This document shows, piece by piece, positions 29,618 to 39,577 of a stretch of 64,000 nt of DNA. Position 1 is the first letter of the stretch. Each line of letters begins with the position of its first letter. Source of the stretch: an uncultured Prevotellaceae bacterium. Its GTDB lineage: Bacteria > Bacteroidota > Bacteroidia > Bacteroidales > Bacteroidaceae. Both the position numbers and the translations under genes were made by a program. The stretch lies in contig CACXTX010000030.1 in assembly GCA_902770635.1 (NCBI GenBank), positions 2,467 through 66,466 on the forward strand, in the 5' to 3' direction. The notes under the pieces were generated by a model. It saw only the letters and a program-made list of their open reading frames with translations. It was not told the origin of the DNA and did not search any database.

Positions 29618-30709
29618 ATGATGAATCTAATCGAACAAAGAATCATAAGCGACGGCATTATTGAACCTGGCAACATCCTGAAGATTAACAATTTCCTGAA
29701 CCAGCAGATTGAGCCAGACGTTATCTACTTCTTAGCACAAGACCTCAAGAAGCGCTTTGAAGGTGTTGAGATGACCAAGATTCTCACCATCGAAATCAGC
29801 GGCATCCCCATTGCCACCATGCTGGGACATCTTCTCAACCTGCCTGTCGTCTTTGCCAGGAAGCAGGAAATCCTCAACACTACCGAAGGCATGTATTCCT
29901 CGCAAGCTTTCTCGTTTACCCATAAGCAGCAAAACAAAGTGTATGTCCCCATGCCTTTCATTTCATCTGCTGACAAGATACTGATTGTCGATGATTTCCT
30001 GGCTAACGGCGAGGCTTCCCGTGCCCTCATCGACATTGTCAACCAGGCAGGCGCCACCGTTGCTGGCATCGGCATTGCCATAGAGAAAGGCTTCATGAAA
30101 GGAGGTAGGGAACTGCGTGCCGAGGGCTATCGTGTGGAGTCGGTAGTCATTATTGACGAGATGGACTACGAAACCAAGACCATCCACTTCCGTCAGCAGA
30201 CCAAAGAGATATACCTGGCAGGAGGATGCTTCTGGGGAACGGAGCATTACTTCAAGCAGATAGAAGGGGTTGTGGAAACAGAAGTAGGCTTTGCCAACGG
30301 AAACACAGAGAATCCCACCTATAAGGAAGTCTATACCGACACCACGGGATATGCCGAGACCGTACATGTGAAATACCACCCTGATGTCGTAAGCCTGGAG
30401 TTCCTGTTGCAGATGTTCTTCAAGGCCATCGACCCCACAAGCCTCAACAAGCAGGGACACGACGAAGGCACCCGCTATCGTACAGGCATCTACTACACCG
30501 ACCCTGAGGACCTGCCCGTTATCGAAAAGGTGTTTGCCGAAGAACAGAAAAACCACCAGCAGCCACTGGCCGTAGAGAAACTTCCCCTCAAGAACTTCTA
30601 TACCGCTGAAGAATATCATCAGGACTATCTCGACAAGAACCCCACAGGCTACTGTCACCTACCCCTGTCACTCTTCGAGTTTGCAAGGAAAGCGAAAGAG
30701 AAGAAGTAA
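29618..30709 (+). CDS. Fusion of xanthine phosphoribosyltransferase-like domain and methionine sulfoxide reductase MsrA
   Basis: N-terminal Xpt-like domain ([27 protein letters not shown]) continues in frame into MsrA ([13 protein letters not shown]-like [21 protein letters not shown]). Confidence 0.88.
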   Translation: MMNLIEQRIISDGIIEPGNILKINNFLNQQIEPDVIYFLAQDLKKRFEGVEMTKILTIEISGIPIATMLGHLLNLPVVFARKQEILNTTEGMYSSQAFSFTHKQQNKVYVPMPFISSADKILIVDDFLANGEASRALIDIVNQAGATVAGIGIAIEKGFMKGGRELRAEGYRVESVVIIDEMDYETKTIHFRQQTKEIYLAGGCFWGTEHYFKQIEGVVETEVGFANGNTENPTYKEVYTDTTGYAETVHVKYHPDVVSLEFLLQMFFKAIDPTSLNKQGHDEGTRYRTGIYYTDPEDLPVIEKVFAEEQKNHQQPLAVEKLPLKNFYTAEEYHQDYLDKNPTGYCHLPLSLFEFARKAKEKK

Positions 30710-30773
30710 AAACTGTCATCTGTCATTTGTCATTTTTTATCAAGGATGCGGAAACGACTAGATTAACCCTTGG

Positions 30774-30830
30774 TTATTGCCGGATAACATGCCCTTATTG
30801 CGCAATAACATGCCCTTATTGCCAGATTAT
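30774..30830. repeat. Three 21-bp-period units with TTATTGC cores
   Basis: TTATTGC at 30774, 30795 and 30816; the middle unit is the perfect palindrome TTATTGCGCAATAA. Confidence 0.75.
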
Positions 30831-30963
30831 TTCACGAAAGGATTAAGAGGTTGGACTCTTTATCATTAAGGGAAAAACTTGCTAGCATTAAATCTAGCAA
30901 TTGTTACCATTAATAGTAGCAATTTTTTCTATTAATGTACCTTTTAGCTAACAAATTTATTTC

Positions 30964-33900
30964 CTACCGCGAGGCTTCCGTAAAGGCTTCCATGATGGCG
31001 GTGGGTTGACCGTCCTTGAAGGCACCTAAGGGATAGCGGCCCTCCAATTCGGGAGCCCAGTAGAAGACGCCTTTGCAATGGCCATTTGTCTTGTTTTTTG
31101 ATGCCTCGATGACGGCAGCCATAATCTGCTTGCCCTCCACGGGACTCTTGACCTCTGTTCCCGTCTCTACCACCATGAGGGGCTTGTGGTATTTCTGCCA
31201 CATGCGATTGATATTGGCGGTGAACTTCTCGACAGATTCCTGCCAGGATGTTGTTAATTTTGCCTGGATGTCCCAATAGGGATAGACGCTCAGACCTATC
31301 ATGTCGAAACGGGCATTGTATTGCTTCAGACCATCGAAGATGAAGTCGTAACGTTTGGGGTCACAGCCACCATCCAGATGGATGATGACCTCTGCCTGGG
31401 GATAGACGGACTTGACGGCCTCATAGCCTGCATCGGTCAGTCCTGCATACTGTTGCATGTTCTCCTCAGCACGTCCTACAGGCCAAAGGAAGCCATGAGT
31501 GGTCTCATTACCCACCTGTACCCAACGCACCTCTACCCCAGCCTGCCGGAGGGCTGCCAGCACCTCGTGGGTGTGGTCATAGAGTGCCTGTTTCATTTCC
31601 TTGTAAGTCATTGATTTCCACTGGGCTGGAATGTTCTGCTTACCAGGGTCTGCCCACCAGTCGCTATAGTGGAAGTCTATCATCAGCGCCATACCACGCT
31701 CTTTGGCTCGCAAAGCCATACGCACCACATCTTCCTTGTTGCAGAAGTTGTCGTGCTCCACAGGATTGACCCATACACGCAGGCGAACAGCATTCAGTCC
31801 CAGTTCGCGCATGAGGGCCGTATTCTCACGGGGCTCTCCCTTGGCATTTCGCAACTGCTTGCCCTTAGCCTCCAGTTCCGTTGTACCACTGATGTCTGCT
31901 CCCAGCCAGAATTCTTGGGTGCTGATGGTCAGTACGGCAGGCTTGATGCGTCCACGCTGGTCCTTTACGGTCAGCGTGATTTTGCCAGCCTTCGTGGTGG
32001 GACGAAGTATCACTACCAACTCGCCATTGAACAGTTTCATTTTAGGCTGCTTGAACGACTCCAGGGAGGTGGCATCGCCATTGCAGACTGCCTCGAAAGT
32101 AGCCTCGCCACTGACGCTGAAGGTCAGGGCTTCTTGGCAGGTGGGAACAGGCACCCCGTTCTTGTCATTGACATGGACGCGAACATAGATCAGGCTCTCG
32201 CCATCAGCCTTGAAGTCGTTGGTTTCGGGCTCAGCCACCAACTGTACTGGCTTGCCGGCAGTCCTGCGCACATCCTCACCAATCTTGTTGCCTTGCTCGT
32301 CATAGACAACCACTTTGATTTCGCCTGGCTCATACTTGACATCATTCCAACGCAGACGGTAGCGGTCCAGACGATTGTCATTGACCATTGACGATTGACC
32401 ATTGACCTTATCTGCCTGTTTACGAATTCGCCCCTGACTTTTTCCGTTGACAAAGAGCTCGCCCTCTACCCCATCGGTATAGCAATAAACGGGTGTCACC
32501 TGCCCTTTGCGGTTTGGCCAAGTCCAGTGAGGCAAGAGATGGACGGTATGCACGTTCTTGTTCCAATGGCTCCGATACAGATAATAGCGGTCCTTAGGCA
32601 GACCCGCCAAGTCGCAGATGCCAAAATAGCTGGAGCGTGAAGGCCAGTATTCATCGTAGGGAGAAGGCTCGCCCAGATAGTCATAGCCGGTCCACACAAA
32701 CTCACCAATCACCCAGTCGTAGTCATCCTGCCATCGCCAGTCGTCATCAGGCAGGTTAGACCAGGGACAATACTCCACATCATAGCTGGAACACTGGCCG
32801 TCGGCAGTAAGGACAGCCTTGGGGTCGTACTGCTCACACCATGAGGAGAAACGCCCGTTGTCATCAGGAACGACAGGGAACTTATAGACACCACGCGAAG
32901 AAACGGTAGAACAGGTTTCAGAACCCAGCAGGAAGCCCTGGGGCAAACGCTTGATGTTATCGGCATACTTGTGAACACGATAGTTGAAACCTGGCACATC
33001 CATCGACTGAGGCGTGCCACCATGGATGGAGCCGTCGGGATTGTCAAGACCCTGGGTAACAGGACGTGTGGGGTCGAGTGAGTGGCAGAGACCCTGCAAC
33101 TGGATGGTCAGCTGGCGTCCCTCCTCACTCCACTGTTCAGGAATCTCATTGCCTATGGACCACATCACGATAGAGGGATGGTTGCGATGGTTCAGAATAA
33201 GGTTGGTGATATCCTGATGGGCCCACTCTTTAAAGAAACGGGCATAGCCATTCTTACACTTCGGATAAATCCACATGTCGAACGATTCAGCCATCACCAT
33301 CATACCCAGCGAGTCGCATAGCTCCATCTGCCACGTAGAAGGCATGTTGTGAGAGGTACGGATGGCATTGCACCCCATCTCCTTCATCATCTTAATCTGG
33401 CGAGTCAGCGCACTCTTGTTAATGGCAGCACCCAGAGGCCCAAGGTCGTGATGCAGGCATACGCCCTTGAACTTCATGGTCTTACCATTCAGCTGGAAAC
33501 CATGTTCGCGAGAGACACGAATGGTACGGATGCCGGTCTTGATGGTCTTGCTGTCAAGTATCTCATGATGTCCCTGATATACCTCCACCTTGACTTGATA
33601 CAAATAAGGTGTCTCAGGCGACCACAACTGGGGATTCTTCACCTTGAACTGGGCATATACCTTGCCGTCGCCCTCAATGCGGGTGTCACCACTTGAAGCA
33701 ACGACCTTACCGTTAGGAGCCTTCAGGAAAAACTGCGCAGTACCCTTCACAGGATTAACGATGCGAGCCTCTACCTCAACAGTAGCCTCGCCCTTGTCAA
33801 TGCTCATCGTGCGGGCAAAGATGCTCCAATCGTCAATATAGGTCTTCTGCCTAAGTATCAGCGTGACAGGACGATACAGCCCGGCACCAGGATACCAACG

Positions 33901-34380
33901 GGAACTCTCCTCCACGTTTTGGAGATGGACACCGATATCCAGCTTGCCAGCTTTCAGATACGGAGTGGCATCAATGCGGAAAGCATTATAGCCGTAAGCC
34001 CAATAGCCAGCCTCCTGACCATTTATAGAAACGCGAGGTTCAGACATGGCACCATCGAACACCAGTTCGGCAGTCTCGTAACCGGCAGGAACCTTGATAC
34101 TGGTCTTGTACCAACCTTCGCCAATCCAAGGCAGGGCACCACTACGCCCAGACTTCTCGGAAGCCTCCGTCTCCCCATTCTGTGCGATAGCCACTCTCTG
34201 TAAATCCCATTTCTTGTCAAACGGTCCGGCAATAGCCCAGTCGTGAGGGATATCAACCTGCTTCCACGACTTGTTGTCACGTGAGAATTCCCACGTCTTC
34301 AAATTGATTTCACGTCGAGTCTGAGCAACAGCCACCAGGCTGAATAGTAGTAATGATAGAAGTAGTTTTGTTTTCATCAT
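30964..34380 (-). CDS. GH2 beta-galactosidase fused to C-terminal GH53 endo-1,4-beta-galactanase
   Basis: GH2 motifs (GVCLHHDLG, NAIRTSHN, WSIGNE, FVWTGYDYLGEP) followed by GH53 motifs (LGADIS, AVRLRVWVNP, DFHYSDWWADPGKQ, VQVGNE, VVETG). Confidence 0.9.
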   Translation of the reverse strand: MMKTKLLLSLLLFSLVAVAQTRREINLKTWEFSRDNKSWKQVDIPHDWAIAGPFDKKWDLQRVAIAQNGETEASEKSGRSGALPWIGEGWYKTSIKVPAGYETAELVFDGAMSEPRVSINGQEAGYWAYGYNAFRIDATPYLKAGKLDIGVHLQNVEESSRWYPGAGLYRPVTLILRQKTYIDDWSIFARTMSIDKGEATVEVEARIVNPVKGTAQFFLKAPNGKVVASSGDTRIEGDGKVYAQFKVKNPQLWSPETPYLYQVKVEVYQGHHEILDSKTIKTGIRTIRVSREHGFQLNGKTMKFKGVCLHHDLGPLGAAINKSALTRQIKMMKEMGCNAIRTSHNMPSTWQMELCDSLGMMVMAESFDMWIYPKCKNGYARFFKEWAHQDITNLILNHRNHPSIVMWSIGNEIPEQWSEEGRQLTIQLQGLCHSLDPTRPVTQGLDNPDGSIHGGTPQSMDVPGFNYRVHKYADNIKRLPQGFLLGSETCSTVSSRGVYKFPVVPDDNGRFSSWCEQYDPKAVLTADGQCSSYDVEYCPWSNLPDDDWRWQDDYDWVIGEFVWTGYDYLGEPSPYDEYWPSRSSYFGICDLAGLPKDRYYLYRSHWNKNVHTVHLLPHWTWPNRKGQVTPVYCYTDGVEGELFVNGKSQGRIRKQADKVNGQSSMVNDNRLDRYRLRWNDVKYEPGEIKVVVYDEQGNKIGEDVRRTAGKPVQLVAEPETNDFKADGESLIYVRVHVNDKNGVPVPTCQEALTFSVSGEATFEAVCNGDATSLESFKQPKMKLFNGELVVILRPTTKAGKITLTVKDQRGRIKPAVLTISTQEFWLGADISGTTELEAKGKQLRNAKGEPRENTALMRELGLNAVRLRVWVNPVEHDNFCNKEDVVRMALRAKERGMALMIDFHYSDWWADPGKQNIPAQWKSMTYKEMKQALYDHTHEVLAALRQAGVEVRWVQVGNETTHGFLWPVGRAEENMQQYAGLTDAGYEAVKSVYPQAEVIIHLDGGCDPKRYDFIFDGLKQYNARFDMIGLSVYPYWDIQAKLTTSWQESVEKFTANINRMWQKYHKPLMVVETGTEVKSPVEGKQIMAAVIEASKNKTNGHCKGVFYWAPELEGRYPLGAFKDGQPTAIMEAFTEASR

Positions 34381-34413
34381 GAGTTTTAGTTATTATTTTG
34401 GCTTCAAAGGTAC

Positions 34414-34455
34414 AAAAAAATCCCCACAGAACCAAATCTGCGGGGACTTCTTTTT
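34414..34455 (-). terminator. Intrinsic terminator after the ompA-like gene
   Basis: TCCCCACAGA...TCTGCGGGGA stem flanked by A and T runs. Confidence 0.65.
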
Positions 34456-34472
34456 ATTCTAATGTCTGTTGA

Positions 34473-35678
34473 TTACTTAGTAGTAGTGTCAACGAACATA
34501 GCTACGCGGTTGAAGTCGTTCTCAGAAGAGAGCTTGTCAGTTGCGCCCAGACCCTCAACAGTGATGCGGTCAGCAGCAATCTTATATCTCTTGATCAGAG
34601 CGTTCTTAACAACGTTAGCGCGCTCCTCAGAAAGCTTCTGGTTGAGCTCAGCCTTACCCTCGGGTGAAGCATAACCCAGAACCTTAACCTTAGCGTCCTT
34701 GTGGTTTCTCATGTACTTAGCAACCATCTCGATGCTAGCATACTGAGCAGGATCGATAGTGCTCTTACCCTGACGGAAGATTACGTGTGGCTGAAGAACG
34801 TTCTCAGTCTTCTCAACAACAGCAGCGGTCTGAGGACGAGCCTCGCAGTCAGCCAGCTTCTTCTGGAGGTCAGCGATAGTGCGAGCGTCAGAAGCAATCT
34901 GGTTGTCCTTAGCGTTGTTGTCAGCACGGAGCTCGTTGATCTTAGCGTTCAGACCATCAATCTCGGCCTGGTCGCGGAGCTGAGCAACAGCATAGTTGTG
35001 AGTACCGTTGCTGTTACCGAACTTGTAGTTAAAACCAGCCTTCAGAGAGAAGTATGCACGGTTAACATCATACTTGAAACCAGGATCATTAATACCAACA
35101 ACAGCAGCAACAGCAGCCTCATCAACACCACCAATCCAAGACTTCAGATTGTAGTTCAGAGATGGCTCGATGTAAAGCTGCCAAGCCTTATTAGCACCCA
35201 GATTGAAAGCAAAGTCAAGAGCTACCTTAGAAGTGACGGCATTGCTTTTGGGAAGATGATTGAAGTCGTGGCCCCAACCAAAACCATAAAGAGCAATCAC
35301 CTCGAAAGGACGGGGCTCACCTTTGTAACCAGCGAAGAGGTTTGACATGTTGAAAGTACCCAGCAGGCTAACGTTAATATCCTCAATGAAGGTCTTAGAA
35401 CCAGCATACCACTTCTCGTTTGACTTGAAGCACATGTCAGCATCCAAAGCCAGACCGAATACAGTTGTCAGATTCTTACCAACGCGTACACCGAAAGTAG
35501 GAGCGAGAGACTTGAAGAAACCATCTTTACCACCCTGTTCCTTTAAGTAGGTGCTTACACCAGCGTTAGCGCCAATGTACCAGTTGTCACCAGCCTTGTT
35601 AGCGGTGATAGTTGTGTTCTGTGCATTCACAGAAACTGCCATAAAGCCGGCAGCGAGCATTAAAAATAACTTTTTCAT
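34473..35678 (-). CDS. OmpA family outer membrane protein
   Basis: Signal peptide, N-terminal barrel, coiled-coil linker, C-terminal GYASPEG...NQKLSEERA...NR peptidoglycan-binding domain. Confidence 0.92.
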   Translation of the reverse strand: MKKLFLMLAAGFMAVSVNAQNTTITANKAGDNWYIGANAGVSTYLKEQGGKDGFFKSLAPTFGVRVGKNLTTVFGLALDADMCFKSNEKWYAGSKTFIEDINVSLLGTFNMSNLFAGYKGEPRPFEVIALYGFGWGHDFNHLPKSNAVTSKVALDFAFNLGANKAWQLYIEPSLNYNLKSWIGGVDEAAVAAVVGINDPGFKYDVNRAYFSLKAGFNYKFGNSNGTHNYAVAQLRDQAEIDGLNAKINELRADNNAKDNQIASDARTIADLQKKLADCEARPQTAAVVEKTENVLQPHVIFRQGKSTIDPAQYASIEMVAKYMRNHKDAKVKVLGYASPEGKAELNQKLSEERANVVKNALIKRYKIAADRITVEGLGATDKLSSENDFNRVAMFVDTTTK

Positions 35679-36071
35679 CTTTTTACAAGTTTATAAAATT
35701 ACTACCTTAAGTTTTCTACTTTTTTAAGCTTTAACTAAAATTTAATTTAATTTCGAGTGCAAAATAACAAAAAATAATCATACGTTCCAAGTTTTTTCGC
35801 AAAAATCTAACAAAAAAAGTGCATTTTTTAACCTTTTAGCCCCAAATAGGGCAAAAAACGGGTGTTTTTTACGTAAACATGACTTACATTATGAGTGAAA
35901 TGTACACCTTTATTTACTCCTTTTACGATGGTTCTCTATCATATAATAAATAATGTACGCGCGAGAAAATGCGTCCTTTTCCGCTTAACATTATTTATTA
36001 GTTAGGTCATAAACGAAACACCCTACCCTTCGTCTTACTTTTAGAAATAATGACGAACTAAAACAAATTCT

Positions 36072-38201
36072 ATGAACAAACGACTTACTATTATTCTTTT
36101 GGCTGTCTTGACAGTAGTGACGGCAATGGCCCAGCAACAACGTCCGAATGGCAGTCAGATGCAACGCATGCGCAATCCAATGAGACAAACGGATCCGGCA
36201 TTCTTCAAGACCCCAGAAGCGATGAAAGTTGGCGAACAGATTCTGCTCTACCAACGAGTAACAGGTGGTTGGCCTAAGAACATCAATATGGCTCAACCAC
36301 TGACAGACCAAGAGAAAGAAAAGGTGCTGAAAGACAAACAACGTCGCGACGATTCCACTACCGACAATGGTGCCACTTCTATGCAGATGGCCTATCTGGC
36401 TCGTTTGTATGAAGCCACCAAAGACACCCGTTTCCGTGATGCCTTCCAGAAAGCGGTAGAATATCTGCTGAGCGGACAATATGAGAATGGAGGGTGGCCC
36501 CAGTTCTGGCCCGAGATGCACGGATATCAAGTCCATATCACCTTCAACGACGATGCAATGGTCAACACATTGGAACTGCTGAAGGCTATTGTTGACGAAA
36601 AAGCCCCCTACTCTGCAGAATTGACAACACCTCAACTTCGCCAGCATGCAGCTGAAGCTTTCGACAAAGGTATAGAATGTATTCTCAAATGCCAGATTCG
36701 CAAGAATGGGAAACTGACTGTATGGTGCCAGCAGCACTATCGTGACACCTACGAACCAGCACCAGCCCGTGCCTTTGAACTTCCGTCCTATTGTTCTATG
36801 GAGAGTGCAAGCATTGTAAGACTGCTCATGTCGCTGCCTCATCCTGACAAACGAGTAAAGCAGGCTATTCATGCGGCTATGCAGTGGTTTGACAAATACA
36901 AGTTGACGGGGCTGCGCATCCAACGTTCAGGCGGTAGGAACAGTTCTGACCGTAACACCCAGTTAGTCAACGATCCCAATGGCGAACCCTTATGGGGACG
37001 ATTCTACGATTTGAAATACTGTGAGCCTTTTGTCTGCGACCGAGATGGTATTCCCCGTAGGCATTTGGAGGATATCGGACCAGAGCGTCGCAATGGTTAT
37101 TCCTGGTATGGCAATCGTCCTGCTTCCCTGTATCCTCTTTACGAGCAATGGGCTGACAAGTATGACCCTAAGCACAAGGTGAAAATCAGTCTGCAAACCA
37201 AGGGAGCCAACGAGAATGGTACGATAGACATGTTCCGTAAGCCCAAACCTGACCTGAAGGCTTTTGACGCTGTGGTTAAGCCTGGACAAAGTATTCAGGC
37301 TGCCATAGAGAAAGCCCCTGAGAAGCCTGCCCAACCCTATAAGATACTGATTAAGAAAGGCACGTATAACGAGAAAGTCATCATTGACCGTCCTAACATC
37401 GTGCTGGTGGGCGAACAGCGCGACAGTACTATGATTGTACTGGCCGAACTGTCGAAGAAACAGACTATCAAGGAATACAAAGGCAAACCCGTTGGCAATG
37501 GTGTCATCGTATTGCAAGAAGGTGCTGACGACTGTATCATCAGCGGACTAACCGTATATAACAACTATGGCACAACGGTAGAACCTGGCAATACTGCCCA
37601 TCAGATGAGTATCTTCGGACGAGCCACACGAACCATCGTTATCAACAGCAATGTATGGGCTGACGGCAACGATGCGCTATCTCTTTGGGCTCCAGGGGGT
37701 AATGGCATGTACTACCACTCCGACCTTTACCTGCGCTGCTGGGGTGTTGACTTCCTCTGTCCACGAGGCTGGTGCTATGCTACCCGTTGTCGTTTTGAGG
37801 GAGACGGACATGCGCTGATTTGGCACGACGGACGTGGTGACCGTTCCAAGAAGTTGGTTATCACCAACTCCACCTTTGATGCCAAAAGTCCTACCCAACT
37901 GGGGCGTTATCATCACGATTCCCAGTTCTTCATCGTCAACTGTAAGATGACAAAGAACATTCTCAACAACAATATCAGTTATGCTTATAGTGACAAAGTG
38001 CTCGACCCATGTCCTTGGGGACAGCGTGTCTATTACTATGGCTGTACCCGCGAAGGAGGCAACACGGGATGGCTGAAAGACAACTTGAAGGAGTCAGAAG
38101 AAAAGCCAGAGTTCCATGGGGTCACGGCACTCTGGACTTTCAATAAGAAATGGGACCCGGAGAAACGCATCCGGGACCTATGGGATGTTCTAGCCTACTA
38201 A
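36072..38201 (+). CDS. PL10 (PelA-type) pectate lyase fused to CE8 pectin methylesterase
   Basis: GGWPKN, TTDNGAT, NGGWPQF, ITFNDDAM and ERRNGYSW (PL10), then SIQAAI...IKKGTYNEKVII (CE8). Confidence 0.88.
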   Translation: MNKRLTIILLAVLTVVTAMAQQQRPNGSQMQRMRNPMRQTDPAFFKTPEAMKVGEQILLYQRVTGGWPKNINMAQPLTDQEKEKVLKDKQRRDDSTTDNGATSMQMAYLARLYEATKDTRFRDAFQKAVEYLLSGQYENGGWPQFWPEMHGYQVHITFNDDAMVNTLELLKAIVDEKAPYSAELTTPQLRQHAAEAFDKGIECILKCQIRKNGKLTVWCQQHYRDTYEPAPARAFELPSYCSMESASIVRLLMSLPHPDKRVKQAIHAAMQWFDKYKLTGLRIQRSGGRNSSDRNTQLVNDPNGEPLWGRFYDLKYCEPFVCDRDGIPRRHLEDIGPERRNGYSWYGNRPASLYPLYEQWADKYDPKHKVKISLQTKGANENGTIDMFRKPKPDLKAFDAVVKPGQSIQAAIEKAPEKPAQPYKILIKKGTYNEKVIIDRPNIVLVGEQRDSTMIVLAELSKKQTIKEYKGKPVGNGVIVLQEGADDCIISGLTVYNNYGTTVEPGNTAHQMSIFGRATRTIVINSNVWADGNDALSLWAPGGNGMYYHSDLYLRCWGVDFLCPRGWCYATRCRFEGDGHALIWHDGRGDRSKKLVITNSTFDAKSPTQLGRYHHDSQFFIVNCKMTKNILNNNISYAYSDKVLDPCPWGQRVYYYGCTREGGNTGWLKDNLKESEEKPEFHGVTALWTFNKKWDPEKRIRDLWDVLAY

Positions 38202-38735
38202 GGTGATAATCTTACCACCCTCTTCGATGGCTTGCATGTTGAGGGGAATCAACCCATGATGGCGCTCGGGAAGTGTTTTCTTGAGCGCTTTTTCTACGCC
38301 GTCGGTACTTACCACCGGAGCCACCTTCAACAGTCCACCCAGCACAATCATGTTAAACACCTTGCCGTTCTTCATCTCGGCAGCCTTGTCCATCGCGTCA
38401 ATGCGATAGATGGTGATGTCCTTACGTGTTGGCGGGTTCAGAATGCCATAGCCATCGTAAATCAGGATGCCACCCGGCTTCAACTTGGGTTCAAACTTCT
38501 CCAGTGAAGGCTGGTTCAGCACAATGGCTATATCGAACTTACTGAGGATAGGCGAACTGATTTTCTCGTCGCTCACAATAACAGTCACGTTGGCTGTACC
38601 ACCACGTTGTTCTGGTCCGTAAGCAGGCATCCAGGTCACCTCCTTGTCGTCCATCAGTCCCGAATATGCCAGGATTTTACCCATTGAGAGCACTCCCTGA
38701 CCACCAAAACCGCTTATAATGATTTCCTTTTTCAT
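38190..38735 (-). CDS. 2-oxoacid:ferredoxin oxidoreductase gamma subunit
   Basis: GFGGQGVL, YGPEQRGG and NMIVLGG motifs. Confidence 0.92.
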   Translation of the reverse strand: MKKEIIISGFGGQGVLSMGKILAYSGLMDDKEVTWMPAYGPEQRGGTANVTVIVSDEKISSPILSKFDIAIVLNQPSLEKFEPKLKPGGILIYDGYGILNPPTRKDITIYRIDAMDKAAEMKNGKVFNMIVLGGLLKVAPVVSTDGVEKALKKTLPERHHGLIPLNMQAIEEGGKIITLVG

Positions 38736-38800
38736 CGTTTTATTTCACTATTTTACTATTTCACCATTTCACAATTGTCAAATCGTAAATTGTCCAATTG

Positions 38801-39565
38801 TCAAATCGTAGTGTCTTTGAGATCACCTTTCGGATAGAAAGGAACCATGTTTTCTTTCATCCACTCATTAGCCTGAACAGGAGTCAGTTTCCAACCACTG
38901 TTACAGGTAGAGACAATCTCCACCAACGAAGAGCCCTTACCAGCCATCGAAGCCTCAAAAGCCTTACGGATAGCCTTCTTTGCCTTGTTGATAGAAGCTA
39001 CGCTCTCCACACTTTGACGGGTCACATAGCAGGTACCCTCCAGACTGGCAGCGATATCTGCAATCTTCAAGGGATAGCCGTGAATCTTAGGGTCACGACC
39101 ATAAGGACAGGTGGATGTCTTCTGACCAATCAGCGTGGTAGGTGCCATCTGTCCACCCGTCATACCATAGATGGCATTGTTGATGAAGATGATGACAATG
39201 TTCTCACCACGATTCAGCGCATGGATGGTCTCACAGGTTCCAATACATGCCAAGTCGCCATCACCCTGATAGGTGAACACCAAACGGTCGGGCCACAGAC
39301 GCTTGATAGCCGTAGCCACAGCAGGTGCACGACCGTGGGCAGCCTCCTGCCAGTCGATGTCCAGATAGTTATAGGCAAACACGGCGCATCCCACAGGACT
39401 CACACCGATGGTTTTTTCTTCCATGCCCATCTCCTCGATGACCTCAGCCACGAGTTTATGCACCACACCATGCGAACAGCCAGGACAATAGTGCATGTGG
39501 TTGTCGTTCATCAGCGTAGGCTTATGATATACCAGATTCTCTGGTGCTATGATATTGTTTTCCAT
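38801..39565 (-). CDS. 2-oxoacid:ferredoxin oxidoreductase beta (TPP-binding) subunit
   Basis: YCPGCSHG, HGRAPAVATA and GDGD...NNAIYGMTGGQ motifs. Confidence 0.92.
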   Translation of the reverse strand: MENNIIAPENLVYHKPTLMNDNHMHYCPGCSHGVVHKLVAEVIEEMGMEEKTIGVSPVGCAVFAYNYLDIDWQEAAHGRAPAVATAIKRLWPDRLVFTYQGDGDLACIGTCETIHALNRGENIVIIFINNAIYGMTGGQMAPTTLIGQKTSTCPYGRDPKIHGYPLKIADIAASLEGTCYVTRQSVESVASINKAKKAIRKAFEASMAGKGSSLVEIVSTCNSGWKLTPVQANEWMKENMVPFYPKGDLKDTTI

Positions 39566-39577
39566 ATCTTCTTACCT

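Noticed and set aside
35880-35975. AT-rich spacer with TGTACACCTTTATTTA and TAAATAATGTACGCGCG motifs between ompA and the pectate lyase gene
   Set aside because: Only a weak, imperfect inverted relationship in a divergent promoter region; it cannot be supported as a distinct element from this window alone.
35991-36923. 310-aa minus-strand ORF
   Set aside because: It is an antisense shadow of the PL10-CE8 gene.
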